A stretch of DNA of 64,000 nucleotides. It comes from Myxococcota bacterium. GTDB lineage: Bacteria > Myxococcota_A > UBA9160 > UBA4427. This document shows, piece after piece, positions 63,524 through 64,000 of the stretch (positions are counted from its first letter, which is position 1; every line of letters begins with the position of its first letter). The notes below the pieces were generated by a model. That model was given only the letters and a program-made list of their open reading frames with translations. It was not told the DNA's origin and did not search any database. Location: assembly GCA_041440805.1 (NCBI GenBank), contig JASDVF010000016.1:7138-71137 (forward strand). Direction: 5' to 3'. Position numbers and translations under genes: made by a program.

Positions 63524-64000
63524 TTAGATCGATTGGGTCCATTGCGTGAAACGCGAAAGAGGGCTGAACACCGGCTGCCCATCGTGGGGCCAATCGACCG
63601 GAGGTGTTTGGAGTCGTCCGGGTTTTGTGAACCGCGATACACCTGCGCGCGAAAGCCACCCTAGCAACGATTTGATAGGTGTCTGGCTAATGTTGCTTGG
63701 GGCGTCGGCATTCTTTTCTGAATGGATGTTCGTAGCGCCCGGGACTGCCAGGCCTGCTAAGGCGACGTTCGAGAGATGTCCGGAGAATGGCTCTAGGGCT
63801 CGAACAAGGGCATCTGGTGATTCGACCGGCATGAGCCTGAGGAAACGACCGAGGGGAGCCGGACGGGGTTGCGCGTCGGATTCTAGAACGATTGTGTGAT
63901 TAGGTGCCTCAACTAATACCCCCATTCCGCTGGCTGCACGCATCCTTGCTTCGGAGCGTTCGCTCGCGATTGAGGCGCCTTGGGAAGGAGGAAGGTCGCC
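63524..64000 (-). CDS. C-terminal part of a hypothetical protein, possibly acyl-CoA reductase (LuxC)-like; the 5' end lies outside the window
   Basis: The frame is open to the window edge. The C-terminus LQTPPVDWPHDGQPVFSPLSRF resembles LuxC-family ends, a comparison made from memory only. Confidence 0.3.
   Translation of the reverse strand, partial: GDLPPSQGASIASERSEARMRAASGMGVLVEAPNHTIVLESDAQPRPAPLGRFLRLMPVESPDALVRALEPFSGHLSNVALAGLAVPGATNIHSEKNADAPSNISQTPIKSLLGWLSRAGVSRFTKPGRLQTPPVDWPHDGQPVFSPLSRFTQWTQSI

Noticed and set aside
63072-63659. A 195-aa minus-strand ORF spanning the Rrf2 start, the suf promoter region and the end of the LuxC-like ORF. Also the + strand ORFs 63050-63478 and 63546-63899.
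   Set aside because: It overlaps two better-supported features and the AT-richer promoter region. The composition is Arg/Ala/Pro-rich and no motif is recognisable.

Overview
This is a high-GC (about 60-65% by hand counts) bacterial chromosomal segment, densely packed with core housekeeping genes on both strands. It does not look like an accessory island. The gene content suggests a Gram-negative, deltaproteobacterium/Myxococcota-like organism: lipobox lipoproteins, Rho, SufBCDSUT, an MJ0042-like zinc ribbon, and many low-complexity tails on housekeeping proteins. That taxonomic guess is inference only.

Gene order:
- pgeF (partial), then a long C-rich leader and rho, tauE-like, and two DUF385-like proteins
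- a membrane protein and a pentapeptide-repeat protein
- prfA-prmC
- hisD-hisB-hisH-hisA-hisF
- rpsU-dnaG-rpoD (macromolecular synthesis operon)
- a zinc-ribbon ORF, an FAD oxidoreductase, and tRNA(CAU)
- a DUF2846 lipoprotein and a TPR-zincin fusion
- glcDEF
- a leuA/cimA-family synthase translationally coupled to two large orphan lipoproteins
- rluD, a crotonase, a TPR protein, a SET-domain protein, and DUF1499
- sfsA-mutY-smr
- a histidine phosphatase, gdhA, acs, pepP
- a 717-nt AT-richer intergenic region
- rnd, then FIST, iclR-ilvE, proS, a 5'-3' exonuclease, and a CDP-alcohol phosphatidyltransferase
- a flippase-like membrane protein, an SDR, and an MFS transporter
- a complete Rrf2-sufBCDSUT operon
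- a partial LuxC-like ORF

I found no CRISPR array, transposase, integrase or prophage genes.

The most interesting candidates:
1. A sigma-54-type promoter plus intrinsic terminator that bracket a roughly 205-nt candidate sRNA at 44.45-44.68 kb.
2. The cimA-lipoprotein-lipoprotein operon (26.6-31.7 kb), whose two large products have no domain I can recognise.
3. A sharp GC/codon-usage trough across the dnaG 3' end and the rpoD 5' end.
4. mutY-smr translational coupling.
5. Operator-like palindromes upstream of iclR-ilvE and of the suf operon.

All functional calls come from motif recognition by eye and still need database or structure searches to confirm.
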